Assembly (NCBI RefSeq): GCF_009914755.1
Contig: NC_060947.1
Source of the DNA: the human T2T-CHM13v2.0 reference genome, Homo sapiens
Strand: one strand, 5' to 3'
Length of the DNA: 64,000 nt
The notes beneath the pieces are model-generated. The model was given only the letters and a program-made list of their open reading frames with translations, was not told where the DNA came from and did no database searches. Position numbers and translations under genes: made by a program. Below, one piece after another: positions 14,086 through 28,784 of this stretch. The first letter of the stretch is position 1; each line of letters opens with the position of its first letter.

Positions 14086-14849
14086 ATTTTACAAATCTTT
14101 TTATGTAACAGCACACATAGAAAGTGATAATATGGCACATCAAAGTGAGTGGAAGACTGGCCTTGAGAGCTTCAGGTGCTCTCAGCCCTCCTGACTGATT
14201 TGGGGCTGAACAACACAAAATCAATGTGCCCATATACTGGTAGCCCTCACATAGCACTCCAGAGTGCTGTGACCCACTGGTTTGGAAGCTCTGGTTTACC
14301 TTTTCATAAAATGTAATATATATATTTTTTATCTAAAGATGACTGAGTAATTTAATCTTGATTGTCCTGGGAATGCAAGGGATATGTGGGAGAGAGTTGT
14401 ATCTCCTCTATCTGAACTCTATCTGTTAGCAAAAGGAGGTGAGTCTGCTTATTGGTGGTTGTTATCTTCTTTTTACAGATGAGGAAACTGAAATAACTCA
14501 CAGAGGGTCACTTATCCAACATGTGGCCAATTAGATTCAAACGCTGAAATTCTGACATCTAGTGTTCTCATAATCTCACTATGATTGCTCCACTACATGA
14601 ATATGTTATGCACTTAATCACTCACATCACTGATATAAACAGAATTCTCTATCAAAATTGTTACTCCAGAAACAAATCCTGTAATGCTTTCTAAGGACTC
14701 TTTAATGACTCTGAGTGTTGAAAGGGACTCAAATGAGGAAACTGAAGCCCAAAGAGGTTAAGTGACTTGCTTAAGTCTAATGAAACCCATGTCTTTCTTT
14801 TTTTACATTCATTAAATTTTACAAAAAGAGACCACTAAATAGAATAGAA

Positions 14850-14858
14850 GTGTGTGTG

Positions 14859-14911
<53 letters not shown>
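14850..14911. repeat. (TG)n(TA)n(TG)n microsatellite
   Basis: About 20 uninterrupted TG units at the 3' side. Confidence 0.95.
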
Positions 14912-14912
<1 letters not shown>

Positions 14913-15849
14913 TGTATTTAAAAGCTGATTGTTTTGACAAATCGAACAGTGAAGAGGTATATTAATATAAAGTTAGTTTCATCCTCTCTTCCATTCCATT
15001 TCAGCCACCAAAATAACTAATGCTAACTGTTAAATACTTCCTCACTTTCCTCTATGCTAACATTTTCTTCCTCTCTCTCTCCCCACCTTCTCTCTTTGTG
15101 TGTATATATGTGTATGTGTGCATACATATATAAAACACATTATTTACTTACTTTCATATATACACATATATGCAAATATTTTCCCTTCTCTAATTTTTTT
15201 TTATAAAAAAGAGAACATGCTATGCATATCATGCTTCAGCTTTCCCCATCACACACAACCGTATGAGAAACATCCTTCCACGTCTTCTACAGGTCTAATT
15301 CATTTTGCTGCATAATAGTTGACAGGACAGAACTACCTTATTTTATTCAATCAGTTCTTCTACTAATGGATATTTATGCATTTTTTTTCTATTTTTGTTT
15401 TTAATAACCACAGTGTTGGAACATCCTTGTAAACATACATGCTTCCTTACATCCATGACATACAAGATGGAAATGCTCTCTGTCACTATTATAGTTTTGT
15501 AGGTTCTAGCTGATGCAATAAGAAAATGAAATGAAATATGCTATATAAATATTGGAAAAGAAGAGACAAAATAATCTTAATTTTCAGATTATATGATTGC
15601 ATACCTAGAAAACCCAAAGGATGCAACTACGACAACAACAAAAAATAGAACTAATGAGAAACTTCAGTATGGTAGCTTCCTAAAAATGTACAAAAATTCA
15701 ACAGCTTTTGTTTTTGCAAACAATAACCAGTTAGACATGTAAAGGTGAAAAATGAAGTGATCTTGTTTAAACAATGACACTATAAAACACATTAGAATAC
15801 ATTTAACAAGGATGCAAAGGGGCTTATATGAAAATAAGATTAGCATTTG

Positions 15850-16910
15850 CAAACCATCAATCGGACAAGGGATTAATCACCAGAATATATAAGGATCTCA
15901 AATAATTTTGTAGGAAAAAAACCTAATCTAATTTGAAAAATGAGCAAAATATTTAAATAGACATTTCTCAAAAGAAGACATACAGATGGGAAACAGACAT
16001 ATGAAAAGGTGCTCAATATCATTGATCATCAGAGAAATGCAAATCAAAACTACAATGAGATATCATTTCACTCCAGTTACAGTGACTTATATCCAAAATG
16101 CAGACAATAACAAACGCTACTGAGGATTCGAAGAAAAGGGAACCCTTGTACACTGTTGGTAGGAATGTAAATTACTACAACCCCTATGGAGAACAGTTTG
16201 GAGGTTCCTCAAAAAACTAGAAATTGAGCTACCATATGATCTAGCAATCCCACAGCTGGGTATATACCCAAAAGAAAGTAAATCAGTATATCAAAGATAT
16301 ATCTGAACTTCCATGTTTATTGCAGCACTATGCACAATAGCCACAATTTGGAAGCAACCTAAGTGTCCATCAACAGATGAATGGATAAAGAAAATGTGGT
16401 ACATATACACAATGGAATACTATTCAGCCATAAAAAAAGAGATTCTGTCATTTGCAACAACATGGATGGAACCAGAGGTCATTATGTTAAATGAAATAGG
16501 CCAGGTACTGAAAGACAAACACCACATATTCTCACTTATTTGTGGGATCTAAAAATCAAAACAATGGAACTCCTAGACACAGATAGCAGAAGGATTGTTA
16601 CCAGAGGCTGGGAAGGGTATGGAGGGGTTGCAGAGAGGTGGGGATGGTTAATGGATACAAAAAAATAGTTAGGAAAAATGAATAATACTTAGTATTTGCT
16701 AGCACAACAGTGAGTCTATAGTCAAAAATAATTTAATTTTCCATTTTAAAATAAAAAGTACAGTTGGATTGTTTGTAACACAAAAGATAGATGCTTGAGG
16801 GAATGGAAACCCCATTTTCTATGATGTGATTATTACACATTGGATGTCTGTATCAAAATAACTCATGTCATCATAAATATATAACCTACTATATACCCAT
16901 GAAAATAAAA
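15850..16910 (+). mobile_element. L1MA2/3-like 3' end
   Basis: ORF2 C-terminus (16313-16552, MFIAAL..WKQPKCPSTDEWIKKMW) and an L1MA-type 3'UTR. Confidence 0.8.
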
Positions 16911-17836
16911 TACCATTGAGGTACTATTACGTAATAGAAAAGCTAAAATCGAAAACACAGATGACACCCAATGCTAACAAGGATGTGTAGCAACAGGAAG
17001 AATTATTCATTGCAAATGGGAATGCAAAACAATACAGCCACTTTTAAAAAACAGTTTGGCAGTTCATTACAAAGTTCAAAGTAAGCTTACCATAACATCC
17101 AACAACTGTGCTTGTAGGCAGTTACCAAAATTAGTTGAAAAGTTTCATCCACACAAAAACCTACACACAAATGTTTATAGCATCTTTATTTACAGTTGCC
17201 AATAATTGTATGCAACCAGCAAGTCCTTCTTCCTTTGTGAATGGCTAAACAAACTGTGGTACATTCATATAATAAAATATTATTCAGATATGAGAAAAAA
17301 TGATATATCAAATCATAAAAAGACATGGAGAAACCTTAAATGTGAAACCATAAGTGAAATAAGCCAGTCTGAAAAGGGTACGTACTGTATGCTTAGAACT
17401 ATATGACATTCTGGAAAAGGTAGTACTATAGAGAGAATAAAAAGATCAGTGGTTGCCAAGGTGTTGTGGAGGAAAGATGAAGGAAGGAATCAATATATGG
17501 ATCACAGAATATTTTTAGGGTGGGAAACAATTTTTAGGATGGCAAACAATTCTGTATGATGCTGTAATGATGGATGTATGAAATTATTCATTTGTCAAAA
17601 CCAATTGGACTGTACAAAACACAGAGTGCACCCTCATGTTAACTGTGGACCTCCTTTAATAACAATCTATAAATATTCGTTCATCAATTAGACCAAATTT
17701 ATCACATTAATGCAAAATGTTAATAATATGTAGAAAACTTGATGTGAGAGTTTGGAGGGTATGTGGAAACCCTGTACTTTCTGCACAATTTTTTCTATAA
17801 ACCTAAAACTAAAAATAAAGCCTATTAATTAAGAAA
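16911..17836 (+). mobile_element. L1MC/L1MD-like 3' end
   Basis: TATGACATTCTGGAAAAGG...AAAAGATCAGTGGTTGCCA 3'UTR motif followed by an A-rich end. Confidence 0.7.
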
Positions 17837-19189
17837 AAAAACAAAATTTATTATAGGACATAAAATATGATCCAAATTAATGAAGAGACAACATGTTTCT
17901 GCATGGGAAGATACCAAAGAATAAAAGATACGCTTTTCTGAAAATGTATAAGTAATGCAATTTGATAGAATATAAATTATTTGAAACTGGACAACATAAT
18001 TACACAGTTAATATAAATGAATATGCCAGAATTGCCAAGAAAATATTGGAAAAAAGCATTCATGAGAGGGGACATATTCTATGAGTTGCTATCATTTACT
18101 ACAAAACAACATCAATTGAAACAGTAAGCTAAGGAAAAGATAATTGACCTGTAGAATAGAGAATCCAGAAACAGATAAAAATACTTATGTATGAGAATGT
18201 AGAATATAATAAAGGTAACATTTCATTTTAATGTAGGTGGAGGGAGAATGATGGTTTATTTAAATATGGTGTGGACATAATTGAATATCTACTTAGAAAA
18301 AAATTAGATCTCTGACTCTTGTACCCTGTTTAAGAAAAATTCTAAATGAATTGTAAAGAGTTAATTTCATCTACAAAAATAGTGGTTTAGGAATGACCAT
18401 TTCTAAATGCTACCACTTATTTCAATAAGTTAAGTTTTTAAAGAAAAGAGCTTTACATTGATTTATCTTGTTATACATTCTGACTGTTTTTCTAAAGGTG
18501 GAAAAAATGTCATTAGAAACCTCATAATACCGCAGCCTGAATGATCAACACTTGCTTGCTAAAAAAAAAAAAATGGTTTCCCAAAATGCTTGGAGATTTT
18601 GAATCCCTTTAGGAAGTGTAATAAAATTAATCTGTGCCTTCTGTCATAACCATAAAATTGTATGCAACCCTTGAATTTTTAATCTTGTAACAAGAATTTT
18701 CAAAGACATATTTATCCAGAAGGAATGAGTTGCAAAGCTCATGAAGGCTTCAGTTTGGTGTGCCCTGAAACCATAGTCAGCAATACAAAATTTAAGATCC
18801 ATTTGTACTTCTTTTTGTTCCTAGATATGGCATTAGAAGTGGGGAGGTTTTTTTTTTTTTAACTGTTTGTAAATTATAAAATAGGTGGGCTAATACAATA
18901 GGAATGGGTATTTGGCATGTATAAGAAGCACTGGGCTCCATGTTTGAGGACTTGGATTCTGATCACCATACTACCATTAACATGGATAAGTAATTAAATA
19001 TCACTGGACCTCAATTTCCCCACATATAAAATATATGTAATTAATAGCTGTTATATACCCTAGACATGTTATAAAAGTTTAATGATTAAAGTCTTTACTT
19101 GAGATTTGCTACAACTATAGAAATGGAAAAGTTATGTGGAAGCCAGAAATATAGTTACCTAAGACATCTCAGATTCTAATTTAAGGCTG

Positions 19190-19655
19190 AGGTTTTTTTA
19201 AAGGTCAAATTATTATGTATAATTTACAAATAGCAAAATTCATCCCTTTTACATGTACAATTTGATTTGATGTGTTTTGACAAATGTATACACCATAGTC
19301 AAGATATGGAACAGTTCTGTCACTCCAAGTTCTTCTGTGTCCTTTTGTATTCAATCCTCTCGTCCCAGCCTTAGTCTTTGGTAAAAATTCCTTTGTTTCT
19401 ATTCCTATAATTTTCCATTTTCCAGAATGTAATATAAATGGAATAATATGATATGTAGCTTTTTTGTCTGTCTTCCTTTACTTAGTATAATGCATTTAAG
19501 ACCCATCTATGTTATGACATATATCAATAATTCATTTCTTTTTATGCTGAGTAGTATTCCACTGTATAGATGTACCACTGTTTAACCATTCACTAATTGA
19601 TGACCATTTGGATTGTTGCCATTTTTTGATTAGGAATAAAACTGTTACAAGCATT
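19190..19655 (-). mobile_element. Old L1M 3' end
   Basis: TTTCCAGAATGTAATATAAATGGAATAAT...GAGTAGTATTCCACTG. Confidence 0.7.
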
Positions 19656-22600
19656 GGGTTTTGACGTTATATTTTCTTGCTTTATCAACATGATTTGTTT
19701 TTGTCAACTTTGTAATCTTTTAACAGGCATGCCTTTTTAAAATTTAACAAGAGATTGCTCTTGATCTTTCCCAAATTGTTCTAAGAATCTAGGCTTAGAA
19801 GGTCCTTGAGTATATCTTTAATGGCATCCCAGGGATACAAACAGTTCAAAGCAAACTAAAGCTTCTTAAGCAATGTCTTTCCTACAGTATATCTTCAATG
19901 TATCCAGCAGAATGATCTTTTAGAAATACATATCTGATCATAGGATGCTACTTCTTAGTGAACTCTAATGATTCTATAAAATCATTTAGATGACAGCTCC
20001 TTTTTACTGAGTGTTTGCAGGGCCTAACATTGTGCCAAATATGTTCATGCATTACATGACTCAATCATTAGTGAAGCCTTATGAGATAGGCTACACGGTG
20101 GCAGAGCTGAATTTGAACCCTGACGGTGTGCAAATATCTTAGAATGGAATTTAAGGCTCTTTACATTTGAATCCAGCCACTCTCAAAAGAGCAAAATTAT
20201 TTGGAACTTTTTTGTCTACTTCAAGTGTTTTCACATCTGTGTGCTTCTACACATGTTGTTCCTTCTGTCTTCTACACCCTGCCTGCCTTTTATATGTTGT
20301 TCAAACTCAGCTCAGATGCTCATAGTAGCCCACCTGCATACCATCCCCTTGCCCAGACCCAGTCTGCTCCAATACATGAATGACTCAGCATTGAAATTTA
20401 AACATTTCTTCTTTTTCTTTCTCTATTTCTTCTTGTTCTAGTATTCCCATTATGCCTATTTTACACCTTTTGTAGTTCCACAGTTCTTGGATATTCTGTT
20501 CCACTTTTTTTCCATTCTTCTCTCTCCTTCCTTTTCTTGTTGGGAAGTTTCTATTGACATTATATTCAAACTCATTGGTTCTTTCCTCAGCTATGTAGTC
20601 TATTAATAAGCCCATCAGAGGCATTATTTTATTTCTGTTGCAGTGTGTTGATTCCTAGCATTTCCTTGAGATTATTTTTAAGAGCTTCCATCTCTCTGCT
20701 TACATTACCCATCTACTCTTACATGATGTCTACTTTTTCCATCAGAATTATTAACATTTTAATCATACTTATTTTAAGTTCCCAATCTGGGAAATATAAA
20801 ATTTCTGCCATATCTGAGTCTGTTTTTTTTTAACTTTTATTTTAGGTTCAGGGGTACATGTGAAGGTTTGTTACATAGGTAAACACGTGTCACAGGGGTT
20901 TGTTTTACAGATTATTTCATCACCTAGGTATTAAGCCCAGTATCCAATAGTTATCTTTTCTGCTCCTCTCCTTCCACCTTCAAGTAGACCCCAGTGTCTG
21001 TTGTTTTCTTCTTTGTGTTCATATGTTCTTATCAGTTAGCTACCACTTATAAGTGAGAACATGTGGTATGTGGTTTTCATTCCCTGCATTAGTTTGCTAA
21101 GGACAATAGCCTCCAGCTCCATCCATGTTCCCATAAAAGACTTGATGTCATTCTTTTTTATGTCTGCATAGTGTTCCATGGTGATATGTACCACATTTTC
21201 TTTATCCAATCTGTCATTGATGGGCATTTAGGTTGATTCCGTGTCTTTGCTATTGTGAATAGTGCTGCAGTGAACATTTGTATGTATGTGTCTTTATGGT
21301 AGAATTAATGATTTATATTCCTCTGGGTATATACCCAGTAATAGTATTGCTGGGTCAAATGGTATTTCTGTTTTGCTCTTTGAGGAATCGCCATACTGCT
21401 TTCCACAATGGTTGAACTAATTTACATTCCCACCAACAGTGTATAAGTGTTCCTTTTTCTCCACAACCTCACCAGCATCTGTTATTTTTTGACTTTTTAG
21501 TAATAGCTATCCGACTAGTATGAGATAGTATTTCATTGTGGCTTTGATTTGCATTTCTCTAATGATCAGTGATGTCGAGCATTTTTTTCATATGTTTATT
21601 GGCCACATGTATGTCTTCTTTTGAAAAGTGTATGTTCATGTCCTTTGCCCACTTTTTAATGGGGTTGTTTATTTTTCTCTTGGAGATTTGTTTAAGTTCC
21701 TTATAGATGCTGGATATTAGACCTTTGTCATATGCATAATTTGCAAAATTTTTCTCCCATTCTGTAGATTGCCTGTTTATATTGTTGAAAGTTTCTTTTG
21801 CTATGCAGAAGTTCTTAAGTTTAATTAGACCCTACTTGTCAATTTTTGCTTTTGTTGTGATTGCTTTTGGTGTCTTTGTCATGAAAGTTTTGCCTGTGTC
21901 TATGTCCTGAATGCTGTTGCCTAGGTTATCTTCCAGAGTTTTTATAGTTTGGGGTTCTACATTTAATTCATTAAACCATTTTGAGTTAATTTTTGTATAT
22001 GATGTAAGGAAGGGGTTCACCTTCAATCTTCTGCATATGACTAGCCAGTTGTCCCAGCATCATTTATTGAAAAGGGAGTCTTTTCCCCATTGCTTGTTTT
22101 TGGCAGCTTTGTCGAAGATCAGATGGTTATAGATGTGTTGTCTTATTTCTGGCTCTCTATTCTTTTCCATTAGTCTATGTGCCTGTTTTTGTGCTAGCAC
22201 CCTGCTATTTTAGTTGCTGTACCCCTGTAGTATAGTTTCAAGTCATTTAACGTGATGCCTACAGTTTTGTTCTGTTTGCTCAGAATTGCCTTGTCTATTT
22301 GGGCTGGGCTCTTTTTTGGTTCCTTATGAATTTCAAGTCCTGTGAAGAATATCATTGGTAATTTGATAGGAATAGCATTGAATCTATAAATTGCTTTGGG
22401 TAGTAGGGCTATAATAATATTGATTCTTCCTATCCATAAGCATGGGATGTTTTTCCATTTTTTTGCATCTTCTCTGATTTATTTGAGGAGTGTTTTGTAA
22501 TTCTTATTGTAAAGATCTTTCACCTCTCTGGTTAGCTATACACCTAGGTATTTTATTATTTTTGTGACAATTGTTAATGGGACTGCTTTTACAATTTGGC

Positions 22601-23529
22601 TCTCAGTTTGCCTGTTGTTGGTGTATGTGAATGCTGGTGATTTTATACATTGATTTAACATTTTTCTCATATTTTCAACTTTTTGATGTCTGCCTTAATT
22701 TCATACCATTCAACCCAGCAATCCCATTACTGGGTATATTCCAGAGGAATATAAAAGTGTATAAATCAAACTTTGCTGAAACTTTGCTGAAGTTGTTTAT
22801 CAGCTGAAGGAGCTTTTGGGCTGAGACAATGGGGTTTTCTAGATATAGAATCATGTTGTCTGCAAACAGAGATAGTTTGACTTCTTCTCTTCCTATTTGG
22901 ATGCCCTTTATTTCTTTATCTTGCCTGATTGCCCTGGCCAGAACTTCCAATACTACATTGAATAGGAGTGGTGACAGAGAGCATCCTTGTCTTGTGCCAG
23001 TTTTCAAGGGGGATGCTTCCAGCTTTTTCCCATTCAGTATGATGTTGGCTGTGGGTTTGCCGTAGATGGTTCTTATTATTTTCAGATATGTTCTTCAATA
23101 CCTGGGGTATTGATAGTTTTTAACATGAAGGGGTGTTGAATTTTACCAAAAGCCTTTGCTTTGTCTATTGAGATAATCATGTGGTTTTTGTCTTTAGTTC
23201 TGTTTATGTGATGAATCACATTTATTGATTTGCATATGTTGAACCAACCTTGCATCTCAGGGATGAAGCCTACTTGATCATGGTATATTAACTTTAGATG
23301 TGCTGCTGGATTTTGTTTGCAAGTATTTTGTTGAGGATTTCTGCATTGAAGTACATCAAGGATATCAGCCTGAAGTTTGTTGTTGTGTCTCTGTCAGGTT
23401 TTATTATTAGAACAATGCTGGTTTCATAGAATGAGTTGGGGAGGAGTCCCTCCTCCTCAATTTTTTGGAATAGTTTCTGTAGGAATGGTACCAGCTCTTA
23501 TTGGTATGTCTGGTAGAATTTCGCTATGA

Positions 23530-23895
<366 letters not shown>

Positions 23896-26800
23896 TATTG
23901 ATTCAATTTCAAAGCTTATTATTAGTTTGTCCAGGGATTCAATTTCTTCCTGGCTCAGTCATGGAAGGTTGTATGTGTCTAGGAAGTTACCCATCACTTC
24001 TAGGTTTTCTAATTTGTGTACATATAGGTGTTTCTAGTAGTTTCTGATGGGGGTTTTTATTTCTGTGGGGTCAGCAGTAACATTTCCTTCATCCAATTGT
24101 GTTTATTTGGATCTTCTCTCTTCTTCTTTATTAGTCTAGCTAGTGGGCTATCTATCTTATTAATGTTTTCAAAAAACTTTTGAATGGTTTTTTGTGTCTC
24201 AATTTCCTTCAGTTCAGCTGTAATTTTTGTTATTTCTTGTCTTCTGCTAGTGTTGGAGTTGATTTGTTCTTGCTTCTCACTTTCAGTTTTGATGTTAGGT
24301 TGTTAATTTGAAATCTTTCTAACTATTTGATGTAGGCATTGAGTGCTGTGAATCTCCCCTTAACACTGCTCTAGCTGTGTCCCAGAGATTCTGGTATATT
24401 GTATCTTTGTTCTCATTATTTTCAAGGAACTTGTTAATTTCTGCCTTTATTTCATAAATTACCCACGAGTCATTCCAGAGCATGTTGTTTAATTTCCATG
24501 TAATTGCATGGTTTTAAGTGATTTTTCATAGTCTTAACTTCTATTTTTATTACACTGATCTGAGAGTGTGTTTGGTATGATTTTGGTTCTTTTACATTTG
24601 TTGAGGATTGTTTTATGTCCAATTATGTGGTTGGCTTTAGAGTATGTGCCATGTACCAATGAGAAGAATATATATTCTGTTGTTTTCAGGTGGAGAGGTC
24701 TGTAAAGGTCTATGAGATCCATTTGGTCCAATGTTAAGTTCGGGTCTTGAATATCTTTGTTAATTTTCTGCTTCGATGATCTGTCTAATACTCAGTGGGG
24801 TGTTGAAGTCTCCCACTATTATTGTGTTGGAGTCTATGTATCTTTGTAGGTCTCTAAGAACTTGCTTTATGAATCTGGGTTCCCCCGTGGTGGGCGCATA
24901 TATATTTAGGATAGTTAGGTCTTGTTAAATTAAACCCATCATCATTATGTAATACCCTTTTCTATATTTTAATCTTTGTTGGTTTGAAATCTGCTTTGTC
25001 TGAAATTAGAATTGCAACCCCTGCTTTTTTTCTGTTTTCCATTTGCTTGGTAGATTTTCCTTCACCTTTATTTTGAGCCTATGAATATCATTACATGTGA
25101 GATGGGTCTTTTGAAGACAGCATACAATTGGGTCTTGCGTTTTTATCCAGCTTGCCACTCTGTGCCTTTTAAGTAAGGCATTTAGCTCTTCTACATTCAA
25201 GATTAGTATTAATACGTTTGGATTTGATCCCGTCATTGTGCTGTTGGCTGGTTATTATGTTGGCTTGTTTATCTGGTTGCTTTACAGTGACACTGGTCTG
25301 TGTGTTTAAGTGTGTTTTTGTATTAGCTGGCAGTGGTCTTTTCTTTCTATATTTATTGTTATTTTCAAGATCTCCTGTAAGGCAGTTCTGGTGGTAATGA
25401 ATTCCCTAAACATTTGCTTATCTGAAAAGGATCTTATTTCTCCTTCATTTAGGAAGCTTCATTTGGTTGGGTATGAAATTCTTGGTTGAAGATTTTTTTT
25501 CTTTAAGAATGTTGAATATAGGCCCCCAATCTCTTCTGGCTTGTAGAGTTTCAGCTGGGAGGTCTGCTGTTAGCCTGATGGTGTTCCCTTTGTAGGTGAC
25601 CTGCCCTTTCTCTCTAGCTGCCTTTAACATTCTTTCTTTCACTTTGACCTTGGAAAATCTGACAATTATGTATCTTGGGGATGATCTTCTTGTGTAGAAT
25701 CTTGCAAGAGTTTTCTGTATTTCCTGAATTTGATTCTTGGCCTCTTTAGCAAAGTTGGGGAAGTTTTCATGAACGATATCCTGAAATACGTTTTCCAAGT
25801 TGTTTGCTTTCTCCTCTCTTCTTTCAGGGATGCCAGTGATTCATAGATTTGGCCTCTTTACATAATCCCATATTTCTTGCATGTTTTGTTCATTCCTTTT
25901 TATTCTCTTTATTTTTGTCTGACTGTCTTAATTCAGAGAATCAGTCTTCAAGTTCTGAGATTCTTTCCTCAGCTTGCTTTATTCTGCTATTAATACTTGT
26001 GATTACATTATGAAATTCTTGTATTGTGTTATTTAGCTCTCTCATACCTGTTAGGTTCATTCTTATACCAGCTATTTTGTCCTTCAGCTCCTGTATCGTT
26101 TTATTGTGATTTTTTCCCTTGGATTGGGTTTTTTCATCCTCCTCAATCTCAATGATCTTTGTTCCTATCCATATTCTGAATTCTATTTCTGTCATTCCTG
26201 CCAGTTCAGCCTGGTTAAGAACTCTTATGGGAGAACTCATGCATTTGTTTGTAGGACATACAACACTCTGACCATTTGAGTTACTGGAGTTCTTGCGTTG
26301 GTTCTTTCTCATCTCTGCCTGTGGATGTTCCTTTAACTGCAGTGTAGATTGAGTACAGTCAATAGGTGTTTCTGGATGTTTTCACTGGGCTGAGGCTTTG
26401 TGCATGGTCTTTATTTGAAGCTTACTTCCTGTCTCTGGTTTCAGAGGGGGGGTATGTTAATGAAGTATTTTTAATGTTGAAGATTTAGGGTGTGATCCAG
26501 CAGGTGGCACATAGGCTTATTGGTCAGTTGGTACACTCTTGCTCAGTTGTGTGGCTTTCCTATGTTTCCTCACATTTGGAGCCCTGTTCCCTCTCAATGC
26601 TCTGAAGGTGTGGCTTCCTCTCTCCTTTGAGTGCTGGCTGTAGATTGCAACTTGGCACTACTGGGCTTCTCATAGTAGCTCTGGGGTGATCTCAGTGTTT
26701 TATGTTTTTTCCCCAACTTGGAAGCAGCAGAGGAAGGGACCTTAGTAGTGGTTGTGGCCAAGGATCATTTGCTTGTCTCCTGGGAGCTCCACTCGAGAGA

Positions 26801-27094
26801 GGTGCAGGTCAGCAATGGCTTAGTGCAATCAGCCCAGGATGAAGGGCCTGTGCTGTGGGTCCAAGCCAAGACTTCCATGTCTGGTGACAAGTTGTAGGGG
26901 ATGTGTGGGACCTGTGGGAGATGGACTGGCCTCCTCTCCTTGGGTCAACTGCAGCTTGCTGGTGGTGTGGTTAAGGTACTTAGGATATTTCCTCCGTAGT
27001 CTGAGGGTAGCAAGGGCCGTTCCACTACAGAGGTAGTGGCACAGAGGTTTTCAGTTGTCCTTGGAGACTCTGTCCAGGAAGTTGCTAAGTTGCC

Positions 27095-28075
27095 TGGAGG
27101 ACCTGCCCGGTAAGGAGATATGGGAATAGGCACCCACATAACAGTCTGGTCAGTTTTTCTTAGGGCTGCTGTAGTATGCTGGAGGCCTGCTTTAGTCAGT
27201 AGTCACCTTGAATTTTCTAGTACCTGGAGGTATCACTAGTGGAGGCTACAAAACAGCAAAGATGGCAGCCTGCCTCTCCCTCCGGGAGCTTCATCCCCGG
27301 GAGATATGGACCTGTTGCTAGCCCAAAGTCACCTGAAGGAGGTGGGTGGAGACCCTGGTTGGAAGGTCCCACTCAGTGAGGAGGAATGGGATTGGGGACC
27401 TGCTTAAAAAAGAAGACTGGCTACATTTTGGTAGAGCAGCTCTGCTGTGCTGGGGGTCTGTTCTAGCCCCTGGTTGCCTTGGGCACTCCAAAGCCCCAAA
27501 GTTGGAACAGCTAAGTTTCCCAAACAGCAAGGATGACGGCCCAGCCCTCCTTCTGAGAGCTTCATCCCAGGGAGGTTAAAAATCTCTGTTAGCCAGAGAA
27601 CACCAACAGGGGTGGCTGGAGGCCCAGTTTGGGAGGTCCCGCCCAGTGAGTAGGAAAGGGATTGGGGACTCACTGAAAGAAGCAGTCTCGCCACATTTTA
27701 GTAGAGCAGCTGTTTTTTGCTGGGGAATCCCTTCTGCCCCTGGTCAGCTCAGACTCTCCAAAGCCTGAAGGTTGAAATGGCTAGGTCACCCAAACAGCAA
27801 CGATGGTGGCCCACCCCTCCCTCTTGGATCTCCTTCCTGGGAAAGTTACAAATCTCTGTTGGTTGGAAAATACCAGCAGGGGTGGCTGCAGGCCCAGTCT
27901 GGGAGGTCCCGTCCAGTGAGGAGGAGTAGGATCGGGGATCCACTTAAAGAAGCAGTCTAGCCACGTTTTGGTAGAGCAGCTGTGCTGTGCTGGGAGATCC
28001 CTTCCACCACTGGTCAGCTTAGACTCTCCAAAGCCTGAAGGCTGGAATGGCTAAGTCACCCAAACAGCAAAGATT
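27095..28075 (-). repeat. ~270-bp tandem units in the L1 5'UTR (about 3.5 copies)
   Basis: GG(A/G)AGGTCCC..CAGTGAG recurs at 27361, 27631 and 27901, with a more diverged unit near 27097. Confidence 0.9.
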
Positions 28076-28739
28076 CCCCCTGCCCCCGGCCCTGGGAGCT
28101 CCTTTTTAGGGAGGTGCAATGCCCCTACCGGTGGCTAGCTGGAATTCCAAGTCTTGTTCTGTTAGGTGCTGTGGACATGGGGCCTGAAGGCTATTGCTGC
28201 TCAGCCCCCTGGGTTCAGCCTCTTTCCTAGGGGTATGTTTGGAGGTCTAACCTTCCACTTTGCCAGAGCTGCAGCTACCCTTTCTGGAAAGCCCAAGTAT
28301 ATAAGACTCCAGGGTCTCCTCACATGCTTGAGTGGCTGCTCTGCCAAGGCTCCACATAGCTCTGTCTGTTAGACTGAAGGCCCTGGTGGAGTGGGTTCAT
28401 ATGGAGATCTGCTGATCTGAGGGTTGCAAAGATCCGTGGGAGAAGGTGGTTTCCTGTGGTCACACATTCACTCACCACTTCTCTGCACAGGGGAGGTTCT
28501 CCTGGCTCCATGTTGCTTCCAGGTGGGCCGTCATCCTGTCTTGCTTTTCTTCATTCTCCACAGGTCAAGTTGTTTTCTTGATTAGTCCCAATGTGAGTAC
28601 CTGGATGTTTCAGTTGAAGGTATTGTATTTACTCGCCCCTTCTTTTCCTCTATGGGCCACACATGCTAGCTGCTTCTAGTCAGCCATCCTGGCCACTTCA
28701 TATCTTAGTCTATTTCTGATGCTTGCTCTCTCTTCAGGC

Positions 28740-28784
28740 TGTTTTTTTGTTTGTTTGTTTGTTTGTTTGTTTGTTTTGTTTTTT
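28740..28784. repeat. (GTTT)n microsatellite
   Basis: Directly visible. Confidence 0.9.

Larger units (their letters stand above)
15480..18370 (+). mobile_element. Old L1M ORF2 remnant interrupted by younger L1s
   Basis: Degenerate RT-region sequence at 15480-15845 (ATACCTAGAAAACCCAAA) resumes at ~17840. Confidence 0.6.

Noticed and set aside
27095-28075. Regularly spaced repeats as a CRISPR-like array or novel system
   Set aside because: The units are contiguous 270-bp copies with no unique spacers and lie inside an L1 5'UTR in mammalian DNA.
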